Below are positions 43,791-56,430 of a stretch of 64,000 nt of DNA, piece after piece. A program made the translations under genes and the position numbers. This stretch comes from Diplonema japonicum (Eukaryota; Protista; Euglenozoa: Diplonemea), in contig OZ025717.1 in assembly GCA_964019335.1 (NCBI GenBank), forward strand, positions 248,001 to 312,000. The letters run 5' to 3'. The first letter of the stretch is position 1. Each line of letters begins with the position of its first letter. The notes below the pieces were generated by a model. That model ran no database searches and was not told the origin of the DNA. It worked only from the letters and a program-made list of their open reading frames with translations.

Positions 43791-46418
43791 TCACAGCAAC
43801 TCGTGCATTGGTTTTTCCCACAATGGTTTCGGTGACTGCGGCATATCGGCAAGCGAGTTTTTCTGCAGCGTATCTGCAGCTGGTCTCCAGTAAGGCGTGA
43901 CAGGTGACCCCGGGAAAGTACTATCAGTATCAGAATTTCGAGGAGATGACACAAAAGGCGGCTGGGCGATCAGCGCTTGAGGATAAGCAAGCACGGGCTC
44001 GGGTAGAGTAAACGAGGATCTGTGCTTCGGGAAGATATTTGGAACGGGTTTCGAGAACCTTTTTTTCGCCCCTTTTTTCATATCGAAAGTGAAGTGTTTA
44101 ACACAAAGCGCTGGATCGGTGAACACACAACGGTCCTTCTCCTTCTTGTTCGGTTTCTCCCGTTTCGAAAACGGTTTTGCCTCTTCTTTAACAGGTTCCT
44201 CCTCCTCCTCCTCCTTGATTAATTTCGCGGGTTTCAAAACAGATCTCAGTGTAGAAGATGATGTCCCTTCTTGCCGTGGCACAGGTTTCGGTTTCCGGTC
44301 GTTCTTCACAGTTTCCACCCACCTTGTCCATTTCCAATACCTACATTCCATCAACCTTACAACACATGGGAACCACCACTGTTCCTCGGTACACACTTTC
44401 AAAGTAATCTCAAGCTCCCTCCCTTGTGGCAGAACAATGGTTGTTGAGTCTATTTGTAGGATTGTTTCTCTTGCGGTTTTACACAGTTTTTCAACAGCGA
44501 TTTTTTGCGGTTTTTCGCCGTTGTACGCCACGTTGTTGTCAGAGTCGGCTGTAAAGGTGTGGTTTCCGAAACAGCATAGAACCCGGTGTGTCGGGTCTGT
44601 TTCGTTGTCCTCGTCGGTTTTTTTCAAACCCGTCAGCAGTTTCTCCTCCCAGCCCGCGTGGGATCGAAGCAGGGAGGGGACCGCGAGAACCTCGTCCTTC
44701 TTGTGCTCTAAAAACCATTTTAAAATATCGGTCCCGAACGGCGTCTCAGATATGAACGAGAGATCGGTTTTGGTGAGATGTGAGTTTGACGACGATGATG
44801 TCTCGACAGGGAAGTCTGTTTGAAGAGCATCAGCATAGCATATCGAACATCCCTCTCTGTCGGTGTTGCCCCTGTAGCGGACGAAGCGTGCTCCTATTTC
44901 AACACCACACTTACGGCAGGTTAGTAAAACAGTGTCCGCAGCTCCTGATGAACATTGCTGTCTCGTTCGTTGCCCGGACCGGGTGGACCTTTGGCGTAAT
45001 GGTTTTGTGAATAACAACGCAGCGCGTCCTTGCCATGTGAACCCTGTGCCGCCGGTGTGTTCGGATATTAGGTTTTTGCACCTCGCGCATTGCACATCTA
45101 CTTTCTCGGCCTCTTCTTCGCTGTCGTCATATACTATAGACTCTTCCGACATTTCCTCTTCGTGATGGTCTTGTTCGTTGTGGTTGATTTTCGTTTCTGC
45201 TCGTTTGGGTCGTTCTCGTTGTTCTCCTTTTAACCTTGCAAGCAGGTCTTGTTCATGTTGTTTGTTCTCTGATAGAATCTGTTGTATGGTGTCCGTGTCA
45301 AGACCTTCCAGTTTTAAAAGGTCTTCGATCTGCCTTTTAACAGAGAGTTCAGGGATGTATTCCTGCTTCAGATCCTCGAGCAGCTCTTCTTCAAGCCCGA
45401 CGTGCCGGGACAACAGTGATGGTAAGGTTTTTAATCTGATTGGTTCGTACGTAGTAAGAAGCATTCTCAGGGCGTGGTGGACGGGGTCTTCGTTTTCCTG
45501 TCGGGACCTGCCTCGTTCACGGACCTTGTTCAGGAGTTCCTTTGGGCGGTTCTTCGCCTCACGTAAGATACGCTCGAGACGGCTGGTTGCGAAAATCGAC
45601 GTGACACCATGGTTCAAAAGAAGCTGTTCCACCACATTCGAAAACTCCCTGTTGTAGTACTCACTGTTCCTGTCGATCACGTTCTGTTTGGTGGGATCGC
45701 TTGAAAATTCTTGAAGGCTGCAGTCGTCGTTCACCTGTAAAGCTGCGATGCTTGTCCCAGTCAGCGCCTCATTTATCTTCTGCACAGTACCGATAAACAA
45801 ATTTCCGAAATCCGAGTCTTTTGAAAAGGGGTGTATGGCACAGCATAGTTCGCAGTCCGGGAATTTCACCAGCAGGTTCATCCTCGGTTTTATATCTTCA
45901 GCTGCGTGATATTTCCTTTTTATCATAACGCGTTGCTGGTAGATTTTCTCCACTGTGTCCAGGTCGAACACTTTTTTAACACCGCCCATCGGGTTGGCCA
46001 GGATGAGGTATTGGTCCACAACTGCAAGCACTCTTTTTTTTCCGTTGGACAGAAGCGAGCAGGTGTTGATGGACCGCAGTCGTTCGTTGTTGAAGAGCTG
46101 GAGCTCGAAGGGTGGGTTTGCTATGGGAACGTCTGACAGCTTGTGAAATACCGCTTCTGTTTGAGAATGCAACAACTCGTCCTTGCACATCTTGCAGACT
46201 CTGACCTCATTACGGTAGTCGAGGTCTGGGATGGGGTGCCAGTGGCCCGCACACTGCCCGCAGAAGATATGCCCGCAGTTCCTGCAATGATGCCTTCTGG
46301 TCAACGTTGTAAAGTTCACCAAGCACATCATGCAAGCTGCAGCTTGTTCATCCCCTATCCAGTCCGGACCTGCTTCCACCGGGCCGTTGCGCAGCCATGG
46401 TTTTTTTTTCCGTTTCAT
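43791..46418 (-). CDS. FYVE zinc-finger protein with an internal Yippee/Mis18-like CxxC...CxxC module
   Basis: WIGDE..CMMC..F..RRHHCRNCGHIFCGQC..RVCKMC is a canonical FYVE; VQCARCKNLI...LTCRKCGVEIG lies further downstream. Confidence 0.85.
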   Translation of the reverse strand: MKRKKKPWLRNGPVEAGPDWIGDEQAAACMMCLVNFTTLTRRHHCRNCGHIFCGQCAGHWHPIPDLDYRNEVRVCKMCKDELLHSQTEAVFHKLSDVPIANPPFELQLFNNERLRSINTCSLLSNGKKRVLAVVDQYLILANPMGGVKKVFDLDTVEKIYQQRVMIKRKYHAAEDIKPRMNLLVKFPDCELCCAIHPFSKDSDFGNLFIGTVQKINEALTGTSIAALQVNDDCSLQEFSSDPTKQNVIDRNSEYYNREFSNVVEQLLLNHGVTSIFATSRLERILREAKNRPKELLNKVRERGRSRQENEDPVHHALRMLLTTYEPIRLKTLPSLLSRHVGLEEELLEDLKQEYIPELSVKRQIEDLLKLEGLDTDTIQQILSENKQHEQDLLARLKGEQRERPKRAETKINHNEQDHHEEEMSEESIVYDDSEEEAEKVDVQCARCKNLISEHTGGTGFTWQGRAALLFTKPLRQRSTRSGQRTRQQCSSGAADTVLLTCRKCGVEIGARFVRYRGNTDREGCSICYADALQTDFPVETSSSSNSHLTKTDLSFISETPFGTDILKWFLEHKKDEVLAVPSLLRSHAGWEEKLLTGLKKTDEDNETDPTHRVLCCFGNHTFTADSDNNVAYNGEKPQKIAVEKLCKTARETILQIDSTTIVLPQGRELEITLKVCTEEQWWFPCVVRLMECRYWKWTRWVETVKNDRKPKPVPRQEGTSSSTLRSVLKPAKLIKEEEEEEPVKEEAKPFSKREKPNKKEKDRCVFTDPALCVKHFTFDMKKGAKKRFSKPVPNIFPKHRSSFTLPEPVLAYPQALIAQPPFVSSPRNSDTDSTFPGSPVTPYWRPAADTLQKNSLADMPQSPKPLWEKPMHELL

Positions 46419-46886
46419 AATTTCTTTTTTTTTTTTTTTTTTTTTTTTCCCGCTAGCACCGTGTCATGATTTTCTTCTTTTTTTTTGCGGAAACACCTGG
46501 ATAGGAGGGATTTTTTTTTATTAAACTAAAGAAATGACAAAAATAAAGAATTACAACGGGGCGGGATGAAAAAAAAAAAAGAAAAAAGCGAGGGCGGAAG
46601 GAGGGGGGAAGGGGAAGGAGAGAAAAAAAAAATCTATTTCCCCTTTCCAAAAAAACAGTATCTGGTGGCTCACCCTCTTTTTTTATTGTTACAGAGCCCT
46701 CCCTCCCCTCCCCCTTTTTTTTCCCCTATTCTCCTCTCCTTCTTCCCACGTTGCGTTCTCGTTTGATCCAATCCCAACGAGATCGAACAATGAGGTGGAA
46801 GGGGAGGGGGGATAAAAGGTGGCTTTTTTAATGAAAATCTAAAATAAAAAAATAAAAAAATCTAAAAGAGGTATTTACCCCCCCTT

Positions 46887-47031
46887 CTAAAAATCATCAG
46901 CAAGCTTCATAGGTGTGAAGCTAATATCGGCATAGTTTCGGTACTTTGCAGCAATGGGCGGCTTTTTCGAAACACTAGTTTGGTCTCGGTTACGGGGTTT
47001 TTTCCGAGAAAATTCTAGTTTTTGCGGAGTC

Positions 47032-47068
<37 letters not shown>

Positions 47069-48320
47069 CCAATTTTTTTTTCCGCCCCCATACCGGTGAT
47101 AGCTTAACATTTACAGAGCCTTTCTCTGCTAAAGGGGTTCGTAAAGGGTTTTTTGGTTTTGTAGCAGAGCTGGGTTCAGGGGTGTCGAGCTCTGTCGTGA
47201 TGCGTCTGCTCCGCATTCTAGTGTACAGAACCGGTGCGGGTGCAGGTGCAGGTGCAGCGGCTTCGAAAGAGGTCGTTTGGTCGAAGTCCAAAGCACGGTG
47301 TTTTGAAGGTTGTCGGGCGAGGCTCTGGCACATCCTCCTTTTCTTCCTCCGTGTGGTGACAAATATTGATTCTTTGTCGTCATCGTCGTCTTCTGCTTTG
47401 TTGGGTGGTTCTTGTTCTTTGCTCTTTTCACGGGGTGTTTCTGGAGTTTCAGCTTTGCGCTTTACACTGTAGCTTCTCGCCAAGCCCTCCAACTTGCCCT
47501 GCATCGCGACCTTTTTATTTTTGATTTTTGTGAGTTCCTCGTTCAAACTTTCGTTTTCCTTTTGCAGTTTTTTGCATCGCTGTTCGGTCGCATTTTCCTT
47601 TGTTCTCATCTTCTCGTTGAGCTCCTCGTTTTCCTTTTGCAATTTCCTGCACCGTTGTTCGGCCGCGGTTTCTTCTTTTTTATGCATTGTTTCTCTTCTT
47701 CTCATCTTCTCGTTGAGTTCCTCGTTTTGCTTTTCCAACTTCCTGCACCGTTGCTCTGTCACATCTTCTTTTTGTTGTTGTGTTGTTCTCATCTTCCCGT
47801 TGAGTTCTTCGTTTTCTTTTTCCAGTTTCCTGCACCGCTGTTCGACAGCATCTTCTTTTTCCTTTTGCGTCGCTATCTTTTCGTTGAGTTCCTCGTTTTC
47901 TTTTTCCAGTTCTTTACATTGTTTCTCCATCTTATCCCGTGCTTTCGAAAGCCCGTTTTTCTCTTTTTGAAACCCTTTTAACAACTCTTTCTTCTCCTTT
48001 GCAGCCTTTGCCAGCTCGGCCTTCAGTTTTTTCTTGGCCGCTTTAAGGTTGTCTTGTTCCCCTTCCAGCTCTTCCTCGAGGTCCTCAAATTCCTTTTCCG
48101 ATTTTTTCCGTTTTTCCAGCTCTTTGGCCATGATCGTCACGGCTTCCTCCGCGTCAGCCTTGTAGTTGATAAACTCAGTTTCACGGACGCCAAGTTGCTC
48201 GCGGATTTCTTCTACCTTTTCATTCACAATTCCCTCGAAGACCTCACACCACACATCACCCCCTTCAGGCATCTCGCTGTCTTCATCCTTTGCCCCTTTT
48301 CCCTTTCTTTTCGGGGGCAT
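46887..48320 (-). CDS. Coiled-coil protein; probable 63-nt in-frame intron at 47031-47093
   Basis: Repeated EQRCRKLxKENEELNEK units; GTATGG...T-tract...ACAG intron explains the poly-Phe stretch in the raw ORF. Confidence 0.75.
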
Positions 48321-48440
48321 TCTTTTTATATTTCTTTTTCTCCCTTGCGGTGAATTTTGGTTTTCTTCTTCTTTTTTTCGCGAGACAACAATTAAAAAAT
48401 GAAATTAGGCAGATAAGGGTTTAAGAGTACTACTCCCCGC

Positions 48441-49814
<1,374 letters not shown>

Positions 49815-50277
49815 TTAGCTTTAAGCTTGAGGTGCCGAAGCGGAAGAATGTCTGTGGACAGGTGTGTTTATGGGGTTTGTTTTTGCATAACGTGTCTAAA
49901 AACAATAGGGGAAAAAATAAAAAGGAAAAGGAGAACGTCAAAGCACCTTATCATCATGTTATAGTTGAATAAGGCTCTTTATCACAAGAGAAGGAAAAAG
50001 AAAAAAAAAAAAGAAAAAGAAAAGACAGAAAAAGAAGTCGCACCTCGCCCCTGCTCACACAACTGGAGTCATCGACCGTCAGCTGAGAGGGAGGGAGTTC
50101 GGTCGAATGTAGTTCGCAAGGAAATAGAGAGGTTGAAAAGGTCGGTCCTTTGTCCTGTTGGGGGAAACCCTTCATCAGAATAGAGAACAGGACCAACGTC
50201 GCACGTCTTTCTTCGTTCGTTCGGTTGTTTTATGTTTTTAGTTTATAGCAACAAGTATGAAGGGGCAAATGGGGTGC

Positions 50278-50877
50278 TCAGTTCCTGCGGATCTCGAGGA
50301 CCTGCCTGAAGAGGACACCGCCGGCTGTCTGGGGTTCCGGGTTAGTGAGGAGCTCGCCCCAGGCCCCCTTGAAGTCGCCTGTCCCGCCGACGATGGAGAC
50401 GGCGGAGACACCGTTGTCGGACTCCCTCCCGGAGACCTGGAGGGTCCCGACGTAGCCGGAGCCAGCCCCCTCGTAGAAGGTGAGGGTCCAGGTGCACTGG
50501 CCCCAGTTGTTCTCCGGGTCGTCGGGGAGGGTGGGGTGGTCCGTCCCGCTCCAGTCGGGCTTCCCGGGGTCCGTCCTGATGCAGTACCCAGCGTTCCTCC
50601 CGATCACAGTCGTCGAGTCGTCCGCAAGGAGCTTCTGGTCGAACACGAACACGTCCCCAGGGGAGTCCTGCCCGTCCTCCACGTCAGCGCTCTGCCTGAT
50701 CCCCCCGTCGGGACGCCCGTCAGCGAAGGTTGTGAACTCGATCTTCCCGTGGTGGTGGCCCCAGCCTCCTCCTCCCCACCCGAGGGTGCGCCCGCTGTGG
50801 CGGTTCGCAGCCCCAGCAGTCGCCCCCGCAGAGGCAACCCCGAGAAGGGCGAACATCATTGCTGCTTTGCTCATCAT
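50278..50877 (-). CDS. Secreted allene oxide cyclase/dirigent-like beta-barrel protein
   Basis: Start MMSKAAMMF with signal peptide; SPGDVFVF...IGRNAGYCIR...IVGGTGDFKGAWG signature. Confidence 0.75.
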   Translation of the reverse strand: MMSKAAMMFALLGVASAGATAGAANRHSGRTLGWGGGGWGHHHGKIEFTTFADGRPDGGIRQSADVEDGQDSPGDVFVFDQKLLADDSTTVIGRNAGYCIRTDPGKPDWSGTDHPTLPDDPENNWGQCTWTLTFYEGAGSGYVGTLQVSGRESDNGVSAVSIVGGTGDFKGAWGELLTNPEPQTAGGVLFRQVLEIRRN

Positions 50878-51249
50878 TTTTGTGTGAAGTTGTTGTATGT
50901 AGAGAAGCTCCTGTTTGAAGGCAATCAAGCATTGATTCAACAACTGCAAAAAGCACGAATGAAATAGAAATAGAAAGCCCCACTGGCTGTGCTGCGCGTC
51001 GCAGCTGCCCACAACTAACGCAAAAGAAAGCGTAGAGGGAAAAAGAAAGGTGTGCCGGTGCACAATTTGTGAAAGATCGGCCTTGGGACAGCCGCCTTTG
51101 CACAAGATGACGAGACATGCCACACTGTGAAGAAAAGAATCACATCGCATTACGAATCCTGTGATGGGGGAACCACCAAAATCATCGAAAAAGAAGGAGG
51201 GAAATCATTGAAGAAAAAAGAGAAGAAAAGCTCCCTCGGCAAAGGAGCC

Positions 51250-52292
51250 TCAGATCTCAGATGTGCAGGGGGACTTGTTGAGGCCGCACTCGTTGGCGCC
51301 CCTCTTCACGCGGATGTAGCCGCTCTCCCCCCAGCTGGGGCCCCAGGAGTTCTTGATGATCCAGTAGTCGGGAGCGTAGCCGACGATGAGGACACCGTGG
51401 TCCAGGGTGCACACCTCGCAGCAGTTCGTGAGGACGCCGCCCCTGTAGGTCTGCCACTTCGCGGCGTCCACCGCGATCGAGAGGGGGCCGCTCGTCCCCA
51501 CGAACTCCGCCATCGCCGCCTCGTTGTGCGCAATGTTCTTGTAGCTCTTGATCTTCGCCCCGACCGCCTTCCCAGACACATCGTGGCACTCCCCCCTGAT
51601 CCCGAACTCGGAGGTGTATGGGTACGACGCCTCCGTCACGATCTGCCCGCCGTGGTGCTGCAGCAGCCACTTGAACGCGTTGTCCATGAGACCCCCGTTG
51701 CAGCCGTCGTCGACCTTGTCGCACGCCACCAGCTCCTGCTCAGACAGCGACGTCAGCGAGTGCCCCGCGAGCTTCCACTGGCCCTCGATCCCTCCCGTAG
51801 TCGAGAAGCTCCAGCAGCTGTTTGTGTGTGGGTGTGTATTTTTTTCCCCCCCCCTAGTCTTGTTGTTCTTCCATACCTCCCGCACTGCCCCTGGTTCTTC
51901 ACGTGGGTCACAGCACCCTTCTGCCTCCAGTCCACCTCGGTGGGGGCTGCAACCCCAGTCCCGTTCCAGGTCTGCGCCCCAGCGGCAAGACCCTCAGCGG
52001 GGACCTGAAGGTTGTGGTAGGTCTTGAACTCAGCGGGGGTGAGGTCGCTGAAGCCGTTCACCCCGAACGAGGCCCCCATCGCCTGCTCCGCCTCGTACTC
52101 CGCCCCCTGCAGGAGGTTCCCCAGGAAGATCTGGTACCTCTTCTCCTCCTCCGCGAGGGACTCGTACCTCTTGTTGTAGTCCTGCTTGAACACCCTGAAC
52201 ATCGCCCTCCCGTTTCCGCGAATGTACTCCTTGCTCAGACCCTGCACGCTCCCAGCAAGGAGCGCCATCACCAGAAGTGTCCCGTGCCTCAT
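51250..52292 (-). CDS. Papain-family (cathepsin L-like) cysteine protease, 327 aa: join(52292-51877,51817-51250)
   Basis: A 59-nt GTATGG...ACAG intron restores QGQCGSCWSF; LDHGV and IKNSWG catalytic motifs; I29 propeptide with ERFNIN/GNFD-like motifs. Confidence 0.93.
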
Positions 52293-52720
52293 GGTTGCTG
52301 CTGTCGTTGGTTTCCTGTGGGGGGCTTCTTGGTGCCTTGGAAATGAGGAGAAACAAAAAAGAAAAATAACGAGAAGTGAGAGGGAGTGTAGATCCTTTGA
52401 ATCGGCATCCTTACACGAGGACGCCTTCTCTAAAGAAGCAGCTAGAAGGGAAGGTGTTTTCGTGCTCTATTTTTTTTTTTTTTTTTAGAGCACTTTTTAT
52501 CATCTTGGAGGTGTTTTTGATAAGGAAAGGGAGCCTTTGTGACTCTCCATTTCCAAAATGGTTCATTAGCATTCATTTTCATTTCATTTTTTCGAGGTTC
52601 ATTTCATGTGTTTCAAATAAAAAAAAAAACATTTTTTCATTTTTTTAAAACACCAAGGAGGAAGCCTTTGTGACTCACCGGGCTTTAGTGTTTCGTATTT
52701 TCTCTTGTTCTAAGGTACCA

Positions 52721-53383
52721 TCACGCCTTGTACGCAGCGTGGACCCCTGTCGCATCCTTGTAGTAGGCCTTCACTTGGGGGATGTTAGCAACCATCTTGG
52801 CGTGCTTTGTGATGTGTGTGTACGTGTCGAGGCAGTCTTTGGGGAGCCCGTCGAGCCAGCCTGACTTCAGGGGCTGCAGCCAGGTGAAGGCGCAGATGTC
52901 TGCGAGGGTGAGGGAGTCTCCAACGGCGAACCCAGACGAGGACTTCGCGAGAAGGGAATCCACGAAGGCGAACCACTTCGTGAGCTCGCCCCCCTCCGCC
53001 ACTAGGGCCGCACGCGCAGCGCTCTTCTCCGCCTCGTCCGCGATAGCGAAGGTCTTCCCCAGGGGCCCGAACACCTCCCCCACAATGTCGCAGAACTCAT
53101 CCACTTTCAACGCCATCACCGCCTCTTGAGGGTACAGCGGCTTCCCTCCCACGGACGACACCTTTCCTGCGTACCGCATGATGGCCCCGCTCTGTCCAAT
53201 CACCTCGTCGTCCACCTTCAACAGCGGCAGCTGCCTCGGTGCAACCTCAGGCTTGATCTTCGCCCCCCATTCCTCCCCAGTCACCTTCTCATCCTCGAAC
53301 GCGATGCCCCCCACTGCAAGCGCCAGTCGCGCAGGCTCCGCACGACCAGGAAGCGCGAAGTACACAATCTTGATGGCAGGCAT
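52721..53383 (-). CDS. Glutathione S-transferase (Tyr-type, sigma-like)
   Basis: MPAIKIVYFALPGRAEPARL, QLPLL, QSGAIMRY, GDSLTLAD. Confidence 0.92.
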   Translation of the reverse strand: MPAIKIVYFALPGRAEPARLALAVGGIAFEDEKVTGEEWGAKIKPEVAPRQLPLLKVDDEVIGQSGAIMRYAGKVSSVGGKPLYPQEAVMALKVDEFCDIVGEVFGPLGKTFAIADEAEKSAARAALVAEGGELTKWFAFVDSLLAKSSSGFAVGDSLTLADICAFTWLQPLKSGWLDGLPKDCLDTYTHITKHAKMVANIPQVKAYYKDATGVHAAYKA

Positions 53384-54165
53384 TGTGGTGTGGTGTGGTG
53401 TGTGGTGTGTGGTGCTGTAGGTGGGTTTTTTTTCTTTTTCATGTGTGCAGTATGTTTCCGACTCAAAAAAAACTGTAAAAGATTTAAAAAAGGAAACCAA
53501 GGGAGGTAGTTGAAAAAAAGGGGGAAATTAAGTTCGAACGGGAAAAAAAAAGAATAGACAAGTTCTTCTTTGTTTGTGTGCAACGGTTACAAATCCTTAC
53601 CGCATAACGCTGCCCAACATTCTTTTTTATACAAGAACAAGTGTTTTTGTTCATCATTCAAAAAAAAAAAAAGAAAAAAGGTGGAAAAATATAGTGATTG
53701 AAAGTACGAGGAGAAGGGAGCAGCCGTCTTGCGCGGTACTCGACCGTTGGTCGGGCAACACCTCGTGTCCTGTGCGTGCGACTCGACCGTGATCTCTCCG
53801 AACAAAAGGCAGCCACAGAGGCGGCCTGGGAAAGGCACGAGAGGGCAACGCAAGCCAGACAGAGGGGCTGTTCCAAACATGTGTTGGGCCCAAGGCAACG
53901 GGAGCACCTGCTGCGGAGACGGCATCAAGGGGCAGGTTGTTGGCAAAGCCAGACCTGGAAAATTGTGAAAAAAATAATTAAAAAAGAAAAAGAAAGAAGG
54001 AAGGAAGGGGAAAAGATGAGTCCCCCTTTTGTTTTCATTGTTCGTATTTGAGTACATGTCCTGCTTCACTTCTTAAATGGCGAGAGGGAGAGCGAGAGAG
54101 AGAGTGTGTGTGTGGTTGTACTTGTATGATGCTTTTTTGGCAGCCACAAGAATCGGAGCTTCTTC

Positions 54166-56430
54166 TCAGGCACTGATGCGGCTCTCGCGGAGCTTGTGGG
54201 CAGCGGCGACCATGTTCTTGAGGGAGGGGATAACCTCGTCCCACTTCCTGGTCTTCAGGCCGCAGTCGGGGTTCACCCAGGTCCTGGAAGGGGGAAGGAG
54301 GAGAAGGAGGCCTTGGAGGCGGGCCGCCATGTCGTCCATAGTAGGGACCACCGGGGAGTGGATGTCGTAGACCCCTGCGCCGAGGTCGCGGGCGTAGCCA
54401 TAGGAGGAGAGGGCTGCCACCATCTCCCCTGCGCTCCTGGAGTTCTCAATGGTGAGGACGTCGGCATCCATCCCGTCGATCCTCCCGATGATGTCCTCGA
54501 AGGTGGAGTAGCACATGTGCGTCACCACCTGCGTCGAGGGGCGTGCCCCGCAGGTCGACAGCCTGAAACACGCCACCGCCCACTCCAGGTACTTCTCGCT
54601 CTCCTCCTTCTTCAGCGGCATCCTCTCCCGAAGGGCCGCCTCGTCCACCTGCACCACCCTGCACCCTGCCGCTTCCAGGTCCGCCACCTCCTCCCTCACA
54701 GCGAGCGCCACTTCCACTGCCTGCTCCGCACGCGGCACGTCCACCCTGCAGAAAGACCAGTTCAGGATCGTCACGGGGCCCGTCAGCATCCCCTTCACGG
54801 GCACCGCCCCGCTCGCCTTCTGGCACACAGCGAACTCCCGCACCGTCATTGCCGCCCCTCCCTTCCGAACCACCGCCCCGTGGATCACAGGGGGACGCAC
54901 ATACCGAGACCCGTACGACTGCACCCACCCGTGCCTCGTCAGCAGCATCCCATCCAGCTTCTGCGCGAAATACTCCACCATGTCGCTCCTCTCAGCCTCC
55001 CCGTGCACGAACACGTCCAGCCCGATCTCCTTCTGGATCCCCACCACCCTCTCGATCTCCTTGTCGATCTGCTCCTCGTACGCAGCCTTTCCCACCTTCC
55101 CCTCCTTCCACTCCCGTCGCAGCTTTCGGATCTCTGCCGTCTGAGGGAACGACCCGATCGTCGTCGTCGGGAAGTTCGGAAGCTCCGCCAGCTGCTTCCC
55201 CCTGCGCTCCTTGAAGGGCTCGCTACGGGTGTACATCTCGGGGGTTACCCCCTTCGCTCCCTCCACTCCGCTGAGGTTGTCCTCCCCGATCCATGTTGCA
55301 GCAGTAGAAGAGGAATCGGATGAGGCGAGCTTCGTCAGAACCTCGAGCTTCTGCTTCGCGAACGCAAGCTTGGCCCTCACCTCCGCAGGGATGCTCCCCT
55401 CCTCCTCATGGTCCAGGTCGTAGGGAACGAACTGCAGGGAGCAGGAGGGAGCAACCACCACCCTCGCGTCGTCCTGCACCGCCTTCCGGATCCTCTGCAG
55501 GATGCCCCCCGCCGCAGCCTCGTTCCTCCACACGTTGCGCCCGTCGACCACACCGGCACCGAGCTCCTTCGTCGCGGGGAAGCCCTGCTTCTCCACAATC
55601 TCCACCATCGCCTTGCTCCTGCAGAAGTCGAGCGTCACGCGCTTCACGGGGAGCTCCACCACGTAGCTGTAGACAGCAGGGCTCAGGGAGTCGAAGTGCA
55701 CGCACAGGTTCACAGCAGGCCCGCCGCACCCGCCGAGCTCCTTGTAAGCGGCCGTTGTAAGGGAGCGCACCTCCTCCGTCTCCGCGTCGCTCATCACCAG
55801 CCACGGCTCGTGCAGCTGCACCTCCTTCACCCCCGCCCTGCTCAGCTCCCCCAGCAGCTCCTTGTACAAGGGCACCAGATCCTTCACCAGAGCCGCAGCC
55901 GTCCTCCCTTCCGCGTACTTGCAGAGCTTTCCGAGGGTCACAGGCCCCAGCACGATCGGGACCACCGCATCCGCCTTCGCCGCCTTGCTGCGGAGGAGCT
56001 GCACGTGCGCCAAAAAGGGAGCGAAGTTCCCACGGGGGACCGTGTCCGCCACCACCTCGGGTACCATGTAGTGGTAGTTCGAGTCGAAGTACTTCGTCAT
56101 GTCCAGCGCGGGGATCCCGTCCCGGCCCCTCGCCTGCGTGAAGTAGGCGTCCAGCCCACCCAACCCCGCCTCCCTCACCCTCTTGCAGGTCAGCCCGAAG
56201 CGCTCGCTCCAGTCAAGCACGTGGTCGTACAGCGTGTGGTCCCCGACCCCGATCAGGCTCACCCCCGCAGCCTCCTGGTCCTGCAGGCTCTGCAGCGCAA
56301 CCTTGTCGCTCACCTCCAGCAGCTCTGACTCTGTGATCTTCTTCCCCCAGTACTTCTCAAGCGCCATCTTCATCTCGCGCTTCGGTCCCGTGCGGGGGAA
56401 GCCAACAGTGGTCGTCCTCAGGTGCACCAT
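54166..56430 (-). CDS. metE: Cobalamin-independent methionine synthase
   Basis: GFPRTG, KYFDSNYHY, TTTIGSFPQ, HGEAERSDMVEYF, HMCYS, WVNPDCGLKTR; ATG at 56430. Confidence 0.96.
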   Translation of the reverse strand: MVHLRTTTVGFPRTGPKREMKMALEKYWGKKITESELLEVSDKVALQSLQDQEAAGVSLIGVGDHTLYDHVLDWSERFGLTCKRVREAGLGGLDAYFTQARGRDGIPALDMTKYFDSNYHYMVPEVVADTVPRGNFAPFLAHVQLLRSKAAKADAVVPIVLGPVTLGKLCKYAEGRTAAALVKDLVPLYKELLGELSRAGVKEVQLHEPWLVMSDAETEEVRSLTTAAYKELGGCGGPAVNLCVHFDSLSPAVYSYVVELPVKRVTLDFCRSKAMVEIVEKQGFPATKELGAGVVDGRNVWRNEAAAGGILQRIRKAVQDDARVVVAPSCSLQFVPYDLDHEEEGSIPAEVRAKLAFAKQKLEVLTKLASSDSSSTAATWIGEDNLSGVEGAKGVTPEMYTRSEPFKERRGKQLAELPNFPTTTIGSFPQTAEIRKLRREWKEGKVGKAAYEEQIDKEIERVVGIQKEIGLDVFVHGEAERSDMVEYFAQKLDGMLLTRHGWVQSYGSRYVRPPVIHGAVVRKGGAAMTVREFAVCQKASGAVPVKGMLTGPVTILNWSFCRVDVPRAEQAVEVALAVREEVADLEAAGCRVVQVDEAALRERMPLKKEESEKYLEWAVACFRLSTCGARPSTQVVTHMCYSTFEDIIGRIDGMDADVLTIENSRSAGEMVAALSSYGYARDLGAGVYDIHSPVVPTMDDMAARLQGLLLLLPPSRTWVNPDCGLKTRKWDEVIPSLKNMVAAAHKLRESRISA

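Noticed and set aside
1446-43954. Many short Phe/Lys-rich ORFs in spacers
   Set aside because: Translations of poly-T and poly-A tracts.
53700-53960. GC-rich island between GST and MetE as SRP RNA or riboswitch
   Set aside because: No diagnostic motif recognised on either strand; only a short repeated ACTCGACCGT.
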